A stretch of DNA of 64,000 nt from Octopus bimaculoides (Eukaryota): NCBI RefSeq assembly GCF_001194135.2, contig NC_068984.1, positions 17,985,765 through 18,049,764 of the forward strand, given 5' to 3'. The translations under genes and the position numbers were made by a program. This document shows, one piece after another, positions 37,266 through 49,845 of this stretch. The notes under the pieces were generated by a model. The model was given only the letters and a program-made list of their open reading frames with translations, made no database searches and was not told the origin of the DNA. How positions within the stretch are numbered: position 1 is the first letter of the stretch; the number at the start of each line of letters is the position of its first letter.

Positions 37266-37686
37266 GTAGAAGAAAAATCTGTTTCAAATTTGGAATCTTT
37301 TTATTGGATTGATCTCTTCTAGTACTTTTTTTTCCTAGATTGGCTCAATTCTTTATGATTTAGCAATATTAAAAAGGCAGATTCACAGAATATCATATAT
37401 GAGAATCTCTTCCATTTAAGAGTTCAAAACAAATTAGAAATCATCCTTTGCTAAGAATNNNNNNNNNNAAGCAGGACATTTAAATTGGCAAATAGTAAAA
37501 CCTGTGAAAATATTTCTCATCAGCTTCATCACTACATTTCTCATCTTACGGAGTTGAACTAAAATCTTATTTCGTAGAGTAGAACAAAAATCAGTATTTT
37601 CAATTCATAGGGTGGAACAAAAATCTCAGGATGATTTCTGCTTATCTTCATTAAGCCACACTGACATTAACTAATCTCAAGCTTCA

Positions 37687-37733
37687 TTAATACTTAGATG
37701 GGTGACTGCTTGGGAAAGCTAGATACTGTAAGC
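37687..37733 (+). pseudogene. 5S: 5S rRNA-derived fragment (3' half with box C region)
   Basis: ttaatacttagatgggtgactgcttgggaa matches 26/30 to metazoan 5S TTAGTACTTGGATGGGTGACCGCCTGGGAA (all differences are transitions), followed by ctgtaagc and a T5 run. Confidence 0.75.
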
Positions 37734-37745
37734 ATCTTACTTTTT

Positions 37746-38380
37746 AGGCACAGGAGTGGTTGTATGGTAAGCAGTTAGATTCTCAACCACATGGTTCTGG
37801 GTTCAGTTCCACTGTGTGGCACCTTGGGCAAGTGAGTTCTACTATAGCCTTGATTCGACCAAAGCCTTGTGAGTGGATTTGGTAGACAGAAACTGGAAGA
37901 AGGCGGCGAGCTGGCAGAAACGTTAGCATGCAGGGTGAAATGTTTAGCGGTATTTCGTCTGCCGCTACGTTCTGAGTTCAAATTCCGCCGAGGTCGACTT
38001 TGCCTTTCATCCTTTCGGGGTCGATCAAATAAGTACCAGTTACGCACTGGGGTTGATGTAATCGACTTAATCTGTTTGTCTGTCTTTGTTTGTCCCCTTC
38101 TATGTTTAGCCCCTTGTGGGCAATAAAGAAATAAGAAACTGGAAGAAGCTTGTAGTTACGTGTGTGTGTGTTTGTGCCTGTATTTGTTCCCCACCACCGC
38201 TTGACAGCTGGTGCTGGTTGTGTTTATGTCCCATAACATAGCAGTTCAGCAAAAAAGATCGATAGAAAAAGTACCAGGCTTAAGAAAAAAAAAGTACTGG
38301 GGCCAATTCGTTCAAGTAAAATCCTTCACGACAGTGCCCCAGCATGGCCGCAGTCAAATAACTGAAACAAGTAAAAGATA
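37746..38380 (+). mobile_element. SINE family A interrupted by a nested SINE B
   Basis: A head at 37746-37902 resumes at 38149. Confidence 0.85.
37903..38133 (+). mobile_element. Young SINE B with a 15-bp TSD
   Basis: TSD agaaactggaagaag at 37888-37902 and 38134-38148; CpG-rich near-consensus body. Confidence 0.95.
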
Positions 38381-38917
38381 AAAAAACAATAAAAATTTAT
38401 AACATCATATTCCTTTGTTGGCATTGGTTAGGTGTGTTCCACTATCTAATATCAATATTCTTCACAATTATCCTTTATTATCTCATAACAACTTGAAAAC
38501 TGATGTTCTACGTTTAATATTCTCTACATTTTTATTAGGAAATTTTGCTGAGAATGGATTTTTGTTTTCGTTAGCTGTCATGTTAAATTCATCAGTGACA
38601 GGAATGCAGTTGTTTCAAAAATCCTATCAAGTTAATAATTTCCTTTTTATTGCCAGCTGTTAGAAGCAAAACTAAATATGATTATCTAGATAATAAACAC
38701 AATATTAACTAATCACATATTTGCAGTGTTTTTATTTGATACAACTTTGTCATTTCGTTTGTTGGCTATGAGAAATGCATCATTTAACTAGGTGTAACTG
38801 GATTAGAAATTCCTTTATACACATCTCTTAATCAGTTTCTACCACCTGATGTCAAAAATGGAATAAAAGAAAATGCTTTATTGGTTTCTTTCAAAGTCTT
38901 TGTAATTTCAATGATAA

Positions 38918-39238
38918 AATGAGCACTCAGAGAGCACAAACCTATACCGAGACAACACTAACGTATTCTCAACGATTAGCCAGAAATGCTTTTTAAAATG
39001 AGAATACCTGAAATAAACTCAACTGCTCTCACAAACGAGAATACTAAAAATGAACCCGACTGCTCTCAAAAATTAAGTAGAAAAATAATCCAGAATCCTT
39101 ATCCGGTACCAGATCGATCCCAAAATTTAATTGGTTTGTACCAGTCACGAGGCTAAACATCCCTGAAAGTTTCATCTGAATCTATCCAGCAGTTCTTGAG
39201 ATATTTTGTCCACGGACAAACAAACACAGCTGAAAACA
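38918..39238 (+). mobile_element. Non-autonomous element, Helentron/HINE-like (tentative)
   Basis: 5' gagcactcagagagcacaaacct and 3' aaagtttcatctgaatc..ggacaaacaaacacagctgaaaaca resemble widespread HINE-type repeats. Class is from memory. Confidence 0.4.
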
Positions 39239-39639
39239 TTGACCCCAATGTTTAACTGGTACTTATTTTATCGACCCCAAAATGATGAAAGGCAAAGTTG
39301 AACTCAGAATGTATCAGCAGACAAGCATTTCCCCCAGCGTGCTAACAATTCTACCAGCTCACCAATAATAATAATAATGATAATAATGATTTCATTTATT
39401 TGCCACCAAGATAAAATAATAATACTTGTTTAAGCACCACCACTTGAGATATTTAAACTTGCTACTAACGAAGCACACAAACACAGAAGGGGGGGGGGTC
39501 TTCACTTAATCTTTCTTAGTTTAATTAATCAGTATTTTAACTTTACACTGATTGTATGTTGGTATAACATAGATTTGGCCATGTTTAAAAAAAAACTGGT
39601 TTAGATTCAGAGGAAGAAAAATATCAGATTTATTACTCT

Positions 39640-39870
39640 TGATTTATTGGAAATTGCAAATACTCGTAGTTATTATGGATTTCAGTCACTGGACCATATG
39701 CATGCTGGGGCACCAACTTTCATAGGCTTACTCCATCAAATTGACTCCAGTACTGTTTTAAGGTCGAGTGTTTATTACAATGGTTTCTTTTTGCTGAACT
39801 TTAAGTTACAGGGATGTAAACAAACCAACACTGGTTGTCAAGTGGTGAGACACACACACACACACAGGTA
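39640..39870 (-). mobile_element. SINE A 3' half (preceded by a deleted SINE B at 39240-39365, -)
   Basis: ttcagtcactggaccatatgcatgctgggg..taagttacagggatgtaaacaaaccaacac. Confidence 0.65.
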
Positions 39871-39877
39871 GGCATAA

Positions 39878-40308
39878 GCCATATTTTAACGTATATAAGG
39901 AAGCCTTTTATGTCAAAAATTGGGTTTAAAAAATATGGGAGTTTCTTATACATGGATAGTATTATAATCCAGAAAATTACTGTTTGTAAATCTCACAATG
40001 AGAGATATTCAGCAACAGTACTTTGGAGTAAAGATTGTTTGCCAACATAACATGGCAGTCCTGGTTTAGGACGAATGTTGCTGTAATTCAGCCCCAGGAG
40101 ACATCGTCGTATAGCCAGCTGGAGACGATGTCTCCTGGGGCTAAATTACAGCAACATTCGTCCTAAACCAGGACTGCCATGTTATATTGGCAAACAATCT
40201 TTACTCCGTATTATAATCCCTTACAAAACCGTTTTTCCAAATTTTAAGTCCCCAAAATTAGGAGGTTCCTTATACACAAGGGTTCCTTATACACATTAAA
40301 ATACTGTA
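39878..40308. mobile_element. TcMar/pogo-like MITE containing a long palindrome
   Basis: Imperfect terminal inverted repeats atattttaacgtatataagg / ccttatacacattaaaatac, with TA-like ends. Confidence 0.55.
40025..40207. repeat. Near-perfect inverted repeat, 84-bp arms, 15-nt spacer
   Basis: 40025-40108 is the reverse complement of 40124-40207 at 82/84 positions. Confidence 0.95.
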
Positions 40309-40818
40309 TATGTACATACATACAGAGAGACAAACAGACAGAGAAATAGATAGATATGTACATACAACAAACATCAAGACAGTTTCCATTTACCAGATTA
40401 ACTTACATGCCAGTGATCAACCCCAGATCTGTTGTAGACTATGGAAATGAAACTAGAAATACATGGTTGTTAAGTGAACTTCTGAACTACACAGCCATAC
40501 CTATGAGAAAAAGTGTTGAAGTATTTTGGGCTGGGGGTGATGCATTTTTGACTTGCATCAGAATTGGATAAGTGTGGATAAAAAGTTGTCTAAATTTAGT
40601 AGTAGTCTCTAGGTACAGTTTCATGTTTTTTGTTTCCATGAAGGATATACATTATGCAAAAAAAAAAAAAAATAAATGAACTAAAAAAAAAACTATCATT
40701 TAAGTTATATAAACTATTTGAAAGTAAGCATTTTAACAAACCACCCCCTCATTTTTAAGTGAATTTATAACTGAAAAATATTTACAAATAAAATTTGTAG
40801 TTTTCTCTTAACTGTCAG

Positions 40819-40846
40819 ATGGATGATGAAGTATCACAAACAAATG
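40819..40846 (+). other. Candidate 28-nt microexon (MDDEVSQTN+ or WMMKYHKQM)
   Basis: ttttctcttaactgtcAG|ATGGATGATGAAGTATCACAAACAAATG|GTaact. Motif only. Confidence 0.35.
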
Positions 40847-41214
40847 GTAACTCACTATGCTGTATTTCTCTATAAAATGATCTTACATTATGAAAGCAGA
40901 GAAATATAAATATCAGCAGATTAGTTGTATCTCTTATAGTTTGATTTAAATTTTTGTATAGACTTGAAATCAGATTGGGAAAGCTTTTAGGAGTCCTTGC
41001 TTTATTCTCAATTGGGAAATTTTGTGGTGAAAATGTAATTGTTATATTGACAGAAAATATAGAAATTGCATCCTAAAATGATTTTCTTATTTTCCTTGCC
41101 TTTTTAATGTTTTTCCTAAATTTATTTCATCAAATTTAATTTCAGAAAATTCCTTTCGATTCGTACTTTTGTTGTCATGTTACTTTACAAAACTTGTGAA
41201 GTAGTAATGAACAT

Positions 41215-41588
41215 AGGTGCTTGCGTGGCTGTATGGTTAAGACACTTGCTGTGCAAACACAGGGTTTCAGGTTCAGTGTCTTCTAATATAGCCCTGGATC
41301 AATCCAGTGCCTTGTGAGCGAATTTTCTAGACAGACACTGTATGGAAGTCCATACATATTGTTGTGCTCCAGCATGGCTGCAGTCAAATGACATGCAGGT
41401 TTAAGCAATGTAAACTACACATGATGTGTTGGCAATTCCTTTTCCTTCTTTGGACTTTTCCATTTCTCCTTTCTGACTGACAGCTACGCTCAAAATGTCA
41501 AACTCTCTCCCTTTTACCAAGCATCAACCTAATACATCTCTTATGCATGTCCTCATGTTGTCTGTTTTTATTTGTTTATTTGAGTTGA

Positions 41589-41641
<53 letters not shown>

Positions 41642-41850
41642 TGTGTGTGTGTGTCTTTGTGTTTGTCTGTGCTTCTACTTGACAACCATTGTTGATTTAT
41701 GTTCCCATAACTGAGTAGTTTATCAAAAGAGATTGATATAATAAGTACCAAACTTTAAAAACTAAGTACTGAGATTAGTTTGCTTGACCAAACCATTCAA
41801 GGTAGTGTCCCAGCATGGCTGCAGTCCAATGATTGAAACAAGTAAAAGAT
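41215..41850 (+). mobile_element. Two partial SINE A copies (41215-41400, 41650-41850)
   Basis: A head and tail motifs (ccagcatggctgcagtc). Confidence 0.65.
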
Positions 41851-43735
41851 AAAACATATCTCAGTAAGAAGTTAATATTTGGGGAAATGTACCAAGAATT
41901 ACTAGTTACTATTTTTGCTATGTAGGTTATCTTTTTTGTATTAGAACCATCCATTTTTTCTCTTTTCATATTCCCATTACTTTTGAAAACCTAAGGGACA
42001 ATTAATTATATTAAAAAATATTTTTTGCATTCCAAACTCTTCCGTTATCAGAATCTTCTCAGTATCTGCTTGCATTTAGTATTCTTCCTAGTTTTAAAAT
42101 CTTTAAAAATGGAATTTCTATAGAGAAGGAATGTAGTGGAATATATTGTCAACTGTCTTTTGCACTGTGATTAGTATGTCTGTCAAAGTATTCAAAGAAT
42201 GATGATAAAATTTTTTTAAAAATTATATTGGAATATTTATGGTTACTGAAATATCTTGGTAAATATATGCCATAGTTAGATAAATGCTTTAAATCAAACT
42301 GTGGACTTTACACCAAGCATAAAAAGTTAATAAAATAAATTTTAACCACAATAGGCAAAGATCGTTAGACATAATTCATCTTTAGTGATACAGTTGTGGC
42401 ATTTCCATTTTTCATAACAATCTCTGACTACTCTGTTAATCATAGGCTTATATCGAAGGCCTCTCATTTTGCATTAAGAGTAGAATCTTTAGTTTAAATT
42501 ACTTAGAATTTTGGTTTACATGAACATAAAAGCATCTAGTTTGGAACACCTGTTTCAATGATTTATCTAAATACTTGAATTCACAAAACATAGTTCATTG
42601 TATCATTGAACAAAAACAGAGAGAAAAATTTACAAGACAACACATTAACAATACCTCCAAAGTATCAAGCAGAAAAAAAAATTATGTAGTAGTTTCTGCA
42701 AGAGCAAGCTATTGTTAAAAGGGATGGCTATTTCTTTCAATAAATCTATTACACAACTAATTCCACCAGATGCATAACATTTCTTATATCATTACTGATA
42801 TATCTTCCATAATTGCAATTTCACAATAATTGCATAACCATTCAGCTATGGAAAGAAAGGCCTCTCAGTACTGATTTTGAATATCTACCTGAATATCGCC
42901 TTCTTTGTTAGAATTTCTAATGGAAAATAGATTAATAAACGCAGCATGTACCTAATTCCTTATATTTTATGAGTTTTAATTTGAAAACTGATAAAAATCC
43001 CTTATTATTTCTTATAGTTAATTCAATTTTCATAAATGCTCTCACTGTATGTATGTGTATGTGTGTGTATATATATATATATGTGTGTGTGTGTATATAT
43101 ATATATGTATGTATGAATATACACACACACACACTTACATATATATATATATGTGTGGTATGTATGTGTGTCTGGTGTGTATGTGTTTGAGTATTATTCT
43201 ACCCTTGCAATACCTATTCACAGCTGGATGGGCTGTACCATTTTGAAATTAAATATCATGATGACTGACACAAAGAAGTGATGGTGATTAGATAATAATC
43301 ATTACATACCACCAGCCTCCCCTTAAAATTCACTTATATACTCTACCATATAATGAAACCCCCCATCATGTATTTTCGATTGAAAGCAATGAAACACTGC
43401 ACTCAACTCATTAAAGCACTGAAACAGATTCAGCAAACTCACCATTCTATTCAAAGTTATTTAAATTATGTACTCGTAATATATTGATTCAATTCAACTT
43501 CAATAAAATGATAACCTTGTGTTTGGCAAAATAAAATCACTATTTATAACTTCAAATATTGCAGATATGGCTGTGTAGCTTTGCAACCAAGTGATTTTGG
43601 GTTCAGTTCCCATACACTGCAGTTTGGGCAAGTGTTTTCTGTAATACCAGGCCAACCAAAGGCTTGTGAAAGAATTTGTTAGATAAAACTGAAAAGGAGC
43701 CTGCATGTGTGTTTATATATATGTGCATGTATGTA

Positions 43736-43796
<61 letters not shown>

Positions 43797-43829
43797 GTAG
43801 ATGTATGTGTATGTATGTGTATGTATATG

Positions 43830-44490
43830 TGTGGACAAATCACAAATCCCTTATGGCCCTGCTTGATCTGTAGAAAAGCCATAGGTAGAAACTCCATACA
43901 ATGTACCCAGCATAAGCTATGGATACATAAGAGGTGCAGCAATATCAGAGGAAGGTTAACAGGGAAAATAGTTTTTTTATGTGCAAAGTGCACAGGTAAA
44001 ATAAACACTAAAATTGTACAGAAAATAGACTCTATCCAATGCCAGGGGTAAAGCTTGAAGTAATTGATAGCTTCCGTTATCTCAGTAACCAAGTCAGTTG
44101 TGGAGGTGGATGCTCTGAGAGCATAGCTGCAAGAATAAGAAGAGGCTGGGAAAAGTTGAGAGAGCTCATACCTCTGTTGGTAGCAGAGGGCCCAAAGGGT
44201 CTTTCCCTCAGAGTTCAAAGGAAGATTGTGTGATACCTGTGTGTGAACAGCCATGCTACATGGCAGTGAAACATGGGCTTATGACTGCTGAGGACATGTA
44301 TAGGCTTAAAAGAAATGAAGCTAGCATGCTTCACTAGATGTGAAATGGAGTAGTTGGTGTTAGGAAGGGCATCCAGCCATAGAGACCATGCCAAATCAGA
44401 TTGGAACTTGGTGCAGCTCTCCAGCTTACCAGTTTCAGTTAAACTGTCTAACCCATGCCAGCATGGACAGTGGATGTTAAATGATGATGG
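43830..44490 (+). mobile_element. RTE LINE 3' portion with a PHD-like zinc finger, ending in the family C tail
   Basis: WPCLICRKAIGRNSIQCTQHKLWIHKRCSNIRG..FLCAKC, then KLEVIDSFRYL..SCGGGCSESIAARIRRGWEKLREL..GLSLRV, then gttggtgttaggaagggcatccagcc..gttaaatgatgatg. Confidence 0.9.
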
Positions 44491-44514
44491 TGTATGTATA
44501 TATGTGTATGTATA

Positions 44515-44562
<48 letters not shown>

Positions 44563-44565
<3 letters not shown>

Positions 44566-44700
44566 GAAATTTATAGAGAAACAAAAGACAGACAGGTGTA
44601 TGAACAAGTAGGTGTATTAGTTTGATGCTTAGGAAAATGAAAAAGTCTTTTATGTTTTGAGCTTACACTCTTCAACAGAAAGGAATAAGAGAAAATAAAG
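44563..44700 (-). mobile_element. Penelope-like terminal fragment
   Basis: Minus strand ttgaagagtgtaagctcaaaacataaaagac is a decayed (C)TGAAGA-stem-GAAAC core. Confidence 0.4.
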
Positions 44701-44839
44701 AGAGAGAGAGAGAGAGAATGAAAAAAAAAAACTTGTAGATTTAGCAGTCAAGCATGGTGAATGATTAAAAAAAAGTTTGAAAGAAAGGATAAATATGTAC
44801 AGATATGTGTATATGTATGTATATATATATATATATATG

Positions 44840-44909
<70 letters not shown>

Positions 44910-45149
44910 GTCACTTGTCTTAACATTGTGCACTAATTGTAAACAAATTTCTCCATCTTACAAACAGATGAAGGTTAGCGTTAGTAAAAGCATCATTCAT
45001 AGAAATCCTGTTTCAATGCATCTCATTCAATGCAAGCAAGTATGGAAAAATAGATGCTAAAATGATGTGGAATTACCATTATTCAAAGTTTGTCCTCTGG
45101 AAATCTAGTGATATCTTCAAAACCAAAGCAGACTTTAATAGTCATTATT

Positions 45150-45420
45150 ATTTTAGTGTTCATTTCTCCATGCTTGCATGGGTGAGATGGAATTTGAAGA
45201 GGTAGGTCTTTCCACAAATAGATTCCTTTCCTGTTACCAAACGTCATCTGTTACTAAGTAAGATAATATTTCCCCATGGTTAGACTTTTTTTCTCGGTTA
45301 ATTGTAAATGATTGACACCACTTCCATAATGGCAATACTCATAACCATCATGTCATATCAAGGCAGAGAGACATACATAAATATAACAGACTTCTTTCAA
45401 TTTCTCTCTAGCAGACGACA
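45150..45420 (-). mobile_element. SINE family A'
   Basis: ccatgcttgcatggg..aagataatatttccccatgg..aaccatcatgtcatatcaagg..gacttctttcaattt. Confidence 0.6.
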
Positions 45421-46378
45421 CTTATTGAAGGTGTTAACATGGTGACATTAAATCCGAAACTACATCGGTATGAATGAAAAAAATGCAGCCATGCTTGTAT
45501 CTGGTAGACTGCTGTGCCATTTATTTTTATTTAGCTGTAATGTATGGTACATATTGTGTTTAGAAATTTCAGTTGCATACATTTAAAATTCTATGCAAAA
45601 AAAATTTCTTGTTTTTTGTTCACTCAACTTTTTCATAAGTTAGAAAATATAAATTCAAAAATGTTGTAATATATAGTACGAATAGTGTAAATGAAATCGT
45701 TTTTTTTTTTATATAGATAAAACATAATTAAAATAGCTAATTACTATTAAATAACTTTAACATTAATTTCTTTTATGATGATAGCTTGAGGATAGCTTTT
45801 ACATTTCATAAAATGCAGGATGCATTTTTTCCCCCTCTTTTGGAAACAAACCAAAAACAAAAAACAAGAAGAAAGAAAAACAATAATTAAAGTCAGAATA
45901 TTATTTAATTAAATTCTGACAATAAGAGCATGCATATTGATGTCAATGTGCATAAGGTACATTTATATATATATACATTCAAATATATGTCGTTAAAGTA
46001 GATGTTAGTAGCAAGTAGTAGTCTCTGGCTGAGATAATGTTTTCACTTCACCACAGTGTGAGTAGGTGGTACTTGAGGATATTTATTTGTAAAGCATTCT
46101 GGTTCAGCAAATTAGTCAGTTAGCATTTATTTCATGGAAATTTTTATGTAAAAATGTGTATGTATTATAATGAAATATCAGTCAGCTTGATTNNNNNNNN
46201 NNNNNNNNNNNNNNNNNNNNNNNNNNNNNNNNNNNNNNNNNNNNNNNNNNNNNNNNNNNNNNNNNNNNNNNNNNNNNNNNNNNNNNNNNNNNNNNNNNNN
46301 NNNNNNNNNNNNNNNNNNNNNNNNNNNNNNNNNNNNNNNGGGTGCGTGCGTGCGTGCGCGCGCATATGTATATGCGGG

Positions 46379-46823
46379 TGACACGTAAAAGCACCCACTA
46401 CACTCTCTGAGTGGTTGGCGTTAGGAAGGGCATCCAGCTGTAGAAACTCTGCCAAATTAGATTGGAGCCTGGTGTTGCCATCCGGTTTCACCAGTCCTCA
46501 GTCAAATCGTCCAACCCATGCTAGCATGGAAAGCGGGCGTTAAATGATGATGATGATAGTACCGCCTGATTGTCACTCATGCCATTGGAACGTTAAAAGC
46601 ATATCTGAGCATGATCGTTGCCAGGGCCATGGATTGGTTCCCATTCCGGTGGCACGTAAAAGCACCCACTACACTCTCGGAGTGGTTGGTGTTAGGAAGG
46701 GCATCCAGCTGTAGAAATTTTGCCAGATCAGAATGAGCCTGGTGCAGCCTTCTGGCTCATCAGTCCTCAGTCAAACAGTCCAACCCCTGCCAGCATGGAA
46801 AGCGGATGTTAAACAATGATGAT
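46379..46823 (+). mobile_element. Two tandem RTE 3'UTR copies (family C), the first very young
   Basis: Two cacgtaaaagcacccactacactctc..ggaaagcgg..gttaaa..gatgatg units. Confidence 0.9.
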
Positions 46824-47274
46824 GTGTGTGTGTGTGTGAATATATGTGTGTATATATGTACTTAGATACTTTGATATGTTTCAGCCAGTATTGGCCCAAG
46901 CCATGTCTAACTTAATAGCACCACCTGGCGAAGTCATTCAAATCAGGAATTGGACAACATGGCCCACTTGAGTAGAGTGTTATTGTTTACAGAGACATAT
47001 CCAGGTGTAGGAGGTTTGTCTGGGATTTCTTGAAAGAATTTGTCCAAAGTCAATAGAAAGTTGCAAGACGCAACAAAACTTTTAGAAAAACAAATAAGTT
47101 AATGAGTGGAAATTTTACCAGTGTGTGTGTTAAATTATAAGGCACTAAAAAAGAATGACTATCCCCAGACAACAAATATATATATATATATATATAATAA
47201 TTTTTTTCCAGAGGATGGAACATGTATATATATATATATATATATATACATGTTTTTGTGTATTTCTGTATCAT

Positions 47275-49260
47275 CTTCAACATGATCACCTTTCATCACC
47301 ATTTTACTCTCCTTTTTCTATGCTTACATGGTTCGGATGAGTCTTCTTCTGCACAGCTTGTTGTAGTCTCTTGCCATTTCTTTTGTTAAGTTCAGTCTGT
47401 TAAGATCATCTCTCGACATCTATCATGTTTTTCTTAGTTTTCTTTTCTTGTGTTTCCTTCTCATTGGATTGCTTGATATCTCTTCACCCAATTTTCATCC
47501 TTCATAATCATCACATGCCTGTTTATCAACTCAATTTTTCATTTAGCACATTACAAATCATTCTGATTCATTACATATCATTATACTTTGCTTTTCTCTT
47601 AGTTCATCCTTGTTCTGTTGTCTACACTCACTATTACACATCCAGCAGAGTATGCCCATCCTATTATTTTCCCAGTCTTTGCATCTAATTCCCATGTTTC
47701 ATCATTACTTTACATCATACTTCATACACAAGTATCATACAATCTGCTGTTCACTTAGTGAAATATTCCCTTTGTTGCCAACAGAAGTCATAGTTACCTG
47801 AATTTCTTCCACCTTGTTCTTTTGCTGACTATTCAGCTTTTAGAACTCTCTCTTCTACTGCTACGAGGTAACAGAAGCTGAGCTAACAGTAGCTATCAAC
47901 TACTTCTATAAATCTCCAAGTACTTGAATTCATTTCATGTTTGCTCTTACTGTTCATTACTCCTGTGTATCTGCTGCATACAAAATCCTTTGCTCTCAGT
48001 CTGTCAGTGATCCTACTTACTCTTTTATGTGCCCATACTGTGCGTTATGTATACCTTATAATATTCTTATGTAGCACCTCTTTGCATTTGGAGTAATCCC
48101 ATTTTTCAGATGGCACTGATGTATTGTTTCCTGTTCTGCTAACTAAATCTTTTGTTTTTGATGGGTTAGGGATGGGTTATGATTTTGCAATCCAAAATTT
48201 GACTTTCTTATTTGGAATTTCTTCTGTAATTTCTTGACAAATTCAATTATAATGAGTTGGTCACCAGCATACAGAAATTCTCTTGGACAGCCTGTTTTGA
48301 ACTCCTGTTATGCCTGAAGAACTATAAGCAGAATTAGACTTAGAATTGAACCCTAATGGACACCTTACTGGCACACTAGATTCCTTGCTGAACTCATTAC
48401 TAACTCACACCTTACAACACCACTATACATAGCTTGCATGATTCTCATAAGCCATTTCTTTTCACCTAGTTTTCTTAGCAACCATCAGACTATGGATGGC
48501 AGTACCTTGTGAAAGGCCTTCTCTGTGTCATCAAATGCCATAAGTAATGGCTTGCCTAGTCCCACTCAGAAAAGGCCTTTAGTTGTATCCTATCCTGGTA
48601 CAAACTACATCTCATCTAAGTTGACTTTCTTCCTAATTTAAGCACTATAATTCTTTCTATAGTTGCTACTTTGTGAAGCATCTCTTTTGCCCTTGTAACT
48701 GTTGAAAATGATACCTCTATGCCAGTTATTGGTAATGATTCCTTGGACATTGACTACCTGGTTAAGTAATTAACGTGTGGCTTGTTTCATATCCTTAATG
48801 ACCATTTTGATTGTATAGCTGTCATTTTCAATGCCTTAGTCCCTGTGTTGGATCAACTTGAGATAGCTAGTCTCTTTCTCTCTCAGTTTTCTATACCTGC
48901 AACATCTCATCACATTTCTATGCATCTTTCTTCTCAGTATCACTGAAATAGGTGCACAATGTCATTACATACACACTTCTCCCCAATAACCTCCTCATTC
49001 ATACTGCTTTGCAGTTCAGCACACTCCATGCCACTGATCCTTATGTCATAGAACAATTTAATTTTCCTTTCTCTCCTTGTTAAGTATACATGATGTCTAA
49101 TCTCTCTTCTAGCTGGCTGATATTGTTCCTTGCTCTTCACTTTGTTCCTCACAGGTCTGCTCTGCAGTGGATAGCAGATCTTGTAGAAACTCCAAATGGC
49201 CTTCTCTGTTGTAGTTTTCTATCTCCTTTTCAACATATAAATCACCTAATATGTTTTTGA
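47275..49260 (-). mobile_element. Long degenerate RTE LINE (linker, RT, PHD remnant, 3' end)
   Basis: Minus strand QYQPARREIRHHVYLTR..VIGEKCV, NSYKGKRDA..NYR, NLDEM*FVPG, AFDDTEKAFHKV..LRKLG, FKTGCPREFLYAGD, WAHKR, EVVDS..FCYL, LPLLATKGISL. Confidence 0.85.
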
Positions 49261-49409
49261 GCTTATGTAGAAATTCTTCTCAAAATATTTCAGTCTATAT
49301 TCCTTGTCTGTATAAAGTGTGGCCCAAACTATCTCAGTTTTATCTTTTTAATAATCTTAATATGAATCTATGAAACATACACTTTTTCCAGAGTTATTCA
49401 CTGAAAGCA

Positions 49410-49845
49410 GAGCAACTGAAGACAATGCTGTTGAAAATCTTGAACTGGAAACTGATGGAAGTTGTGAGAAAGAATCTTCAAATGTTGAGTCTCACAGAGG
49501 GAATGATAAAAGGCTGAGACACCTGGTAGTTTGCTGTGCTTGAGAAGACACTTCAAGCTAAATAAAATTGTGGTGGTTCTTCCATACAAGCGTGTCTGCT
49601 ACATCCCTCTTCAGCTGAGCAATCTTGCAGGCTTATGAGTGCTGGTGCCACATAAAAAGCACCCATTCTGGTGCTGTGTAAAAACACCCAGTATACTTTG
49701 TAAAGTAGTTGGCATTAGGAAGGGCATCCAGCCATAAAAACCATGCCAAAACAGACATGAAGTTCGGGCAGCTCTTCAGCTAACCAGCTCCTGTTAAACC
49801 ATCCAACCCATGCCAGCATGGAAAACAGATGTTAAATGATAATGG
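49410..49845 (+). mobile_element. RTE ORF end plus 3'UTR (family C)
   Basis: VVRKNLQMLSLT..FAVLEKT, then ggtgccacataaaaagcaccc..gaagggcatccagcc..catgccagcatgg. Confidence 0.7.
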
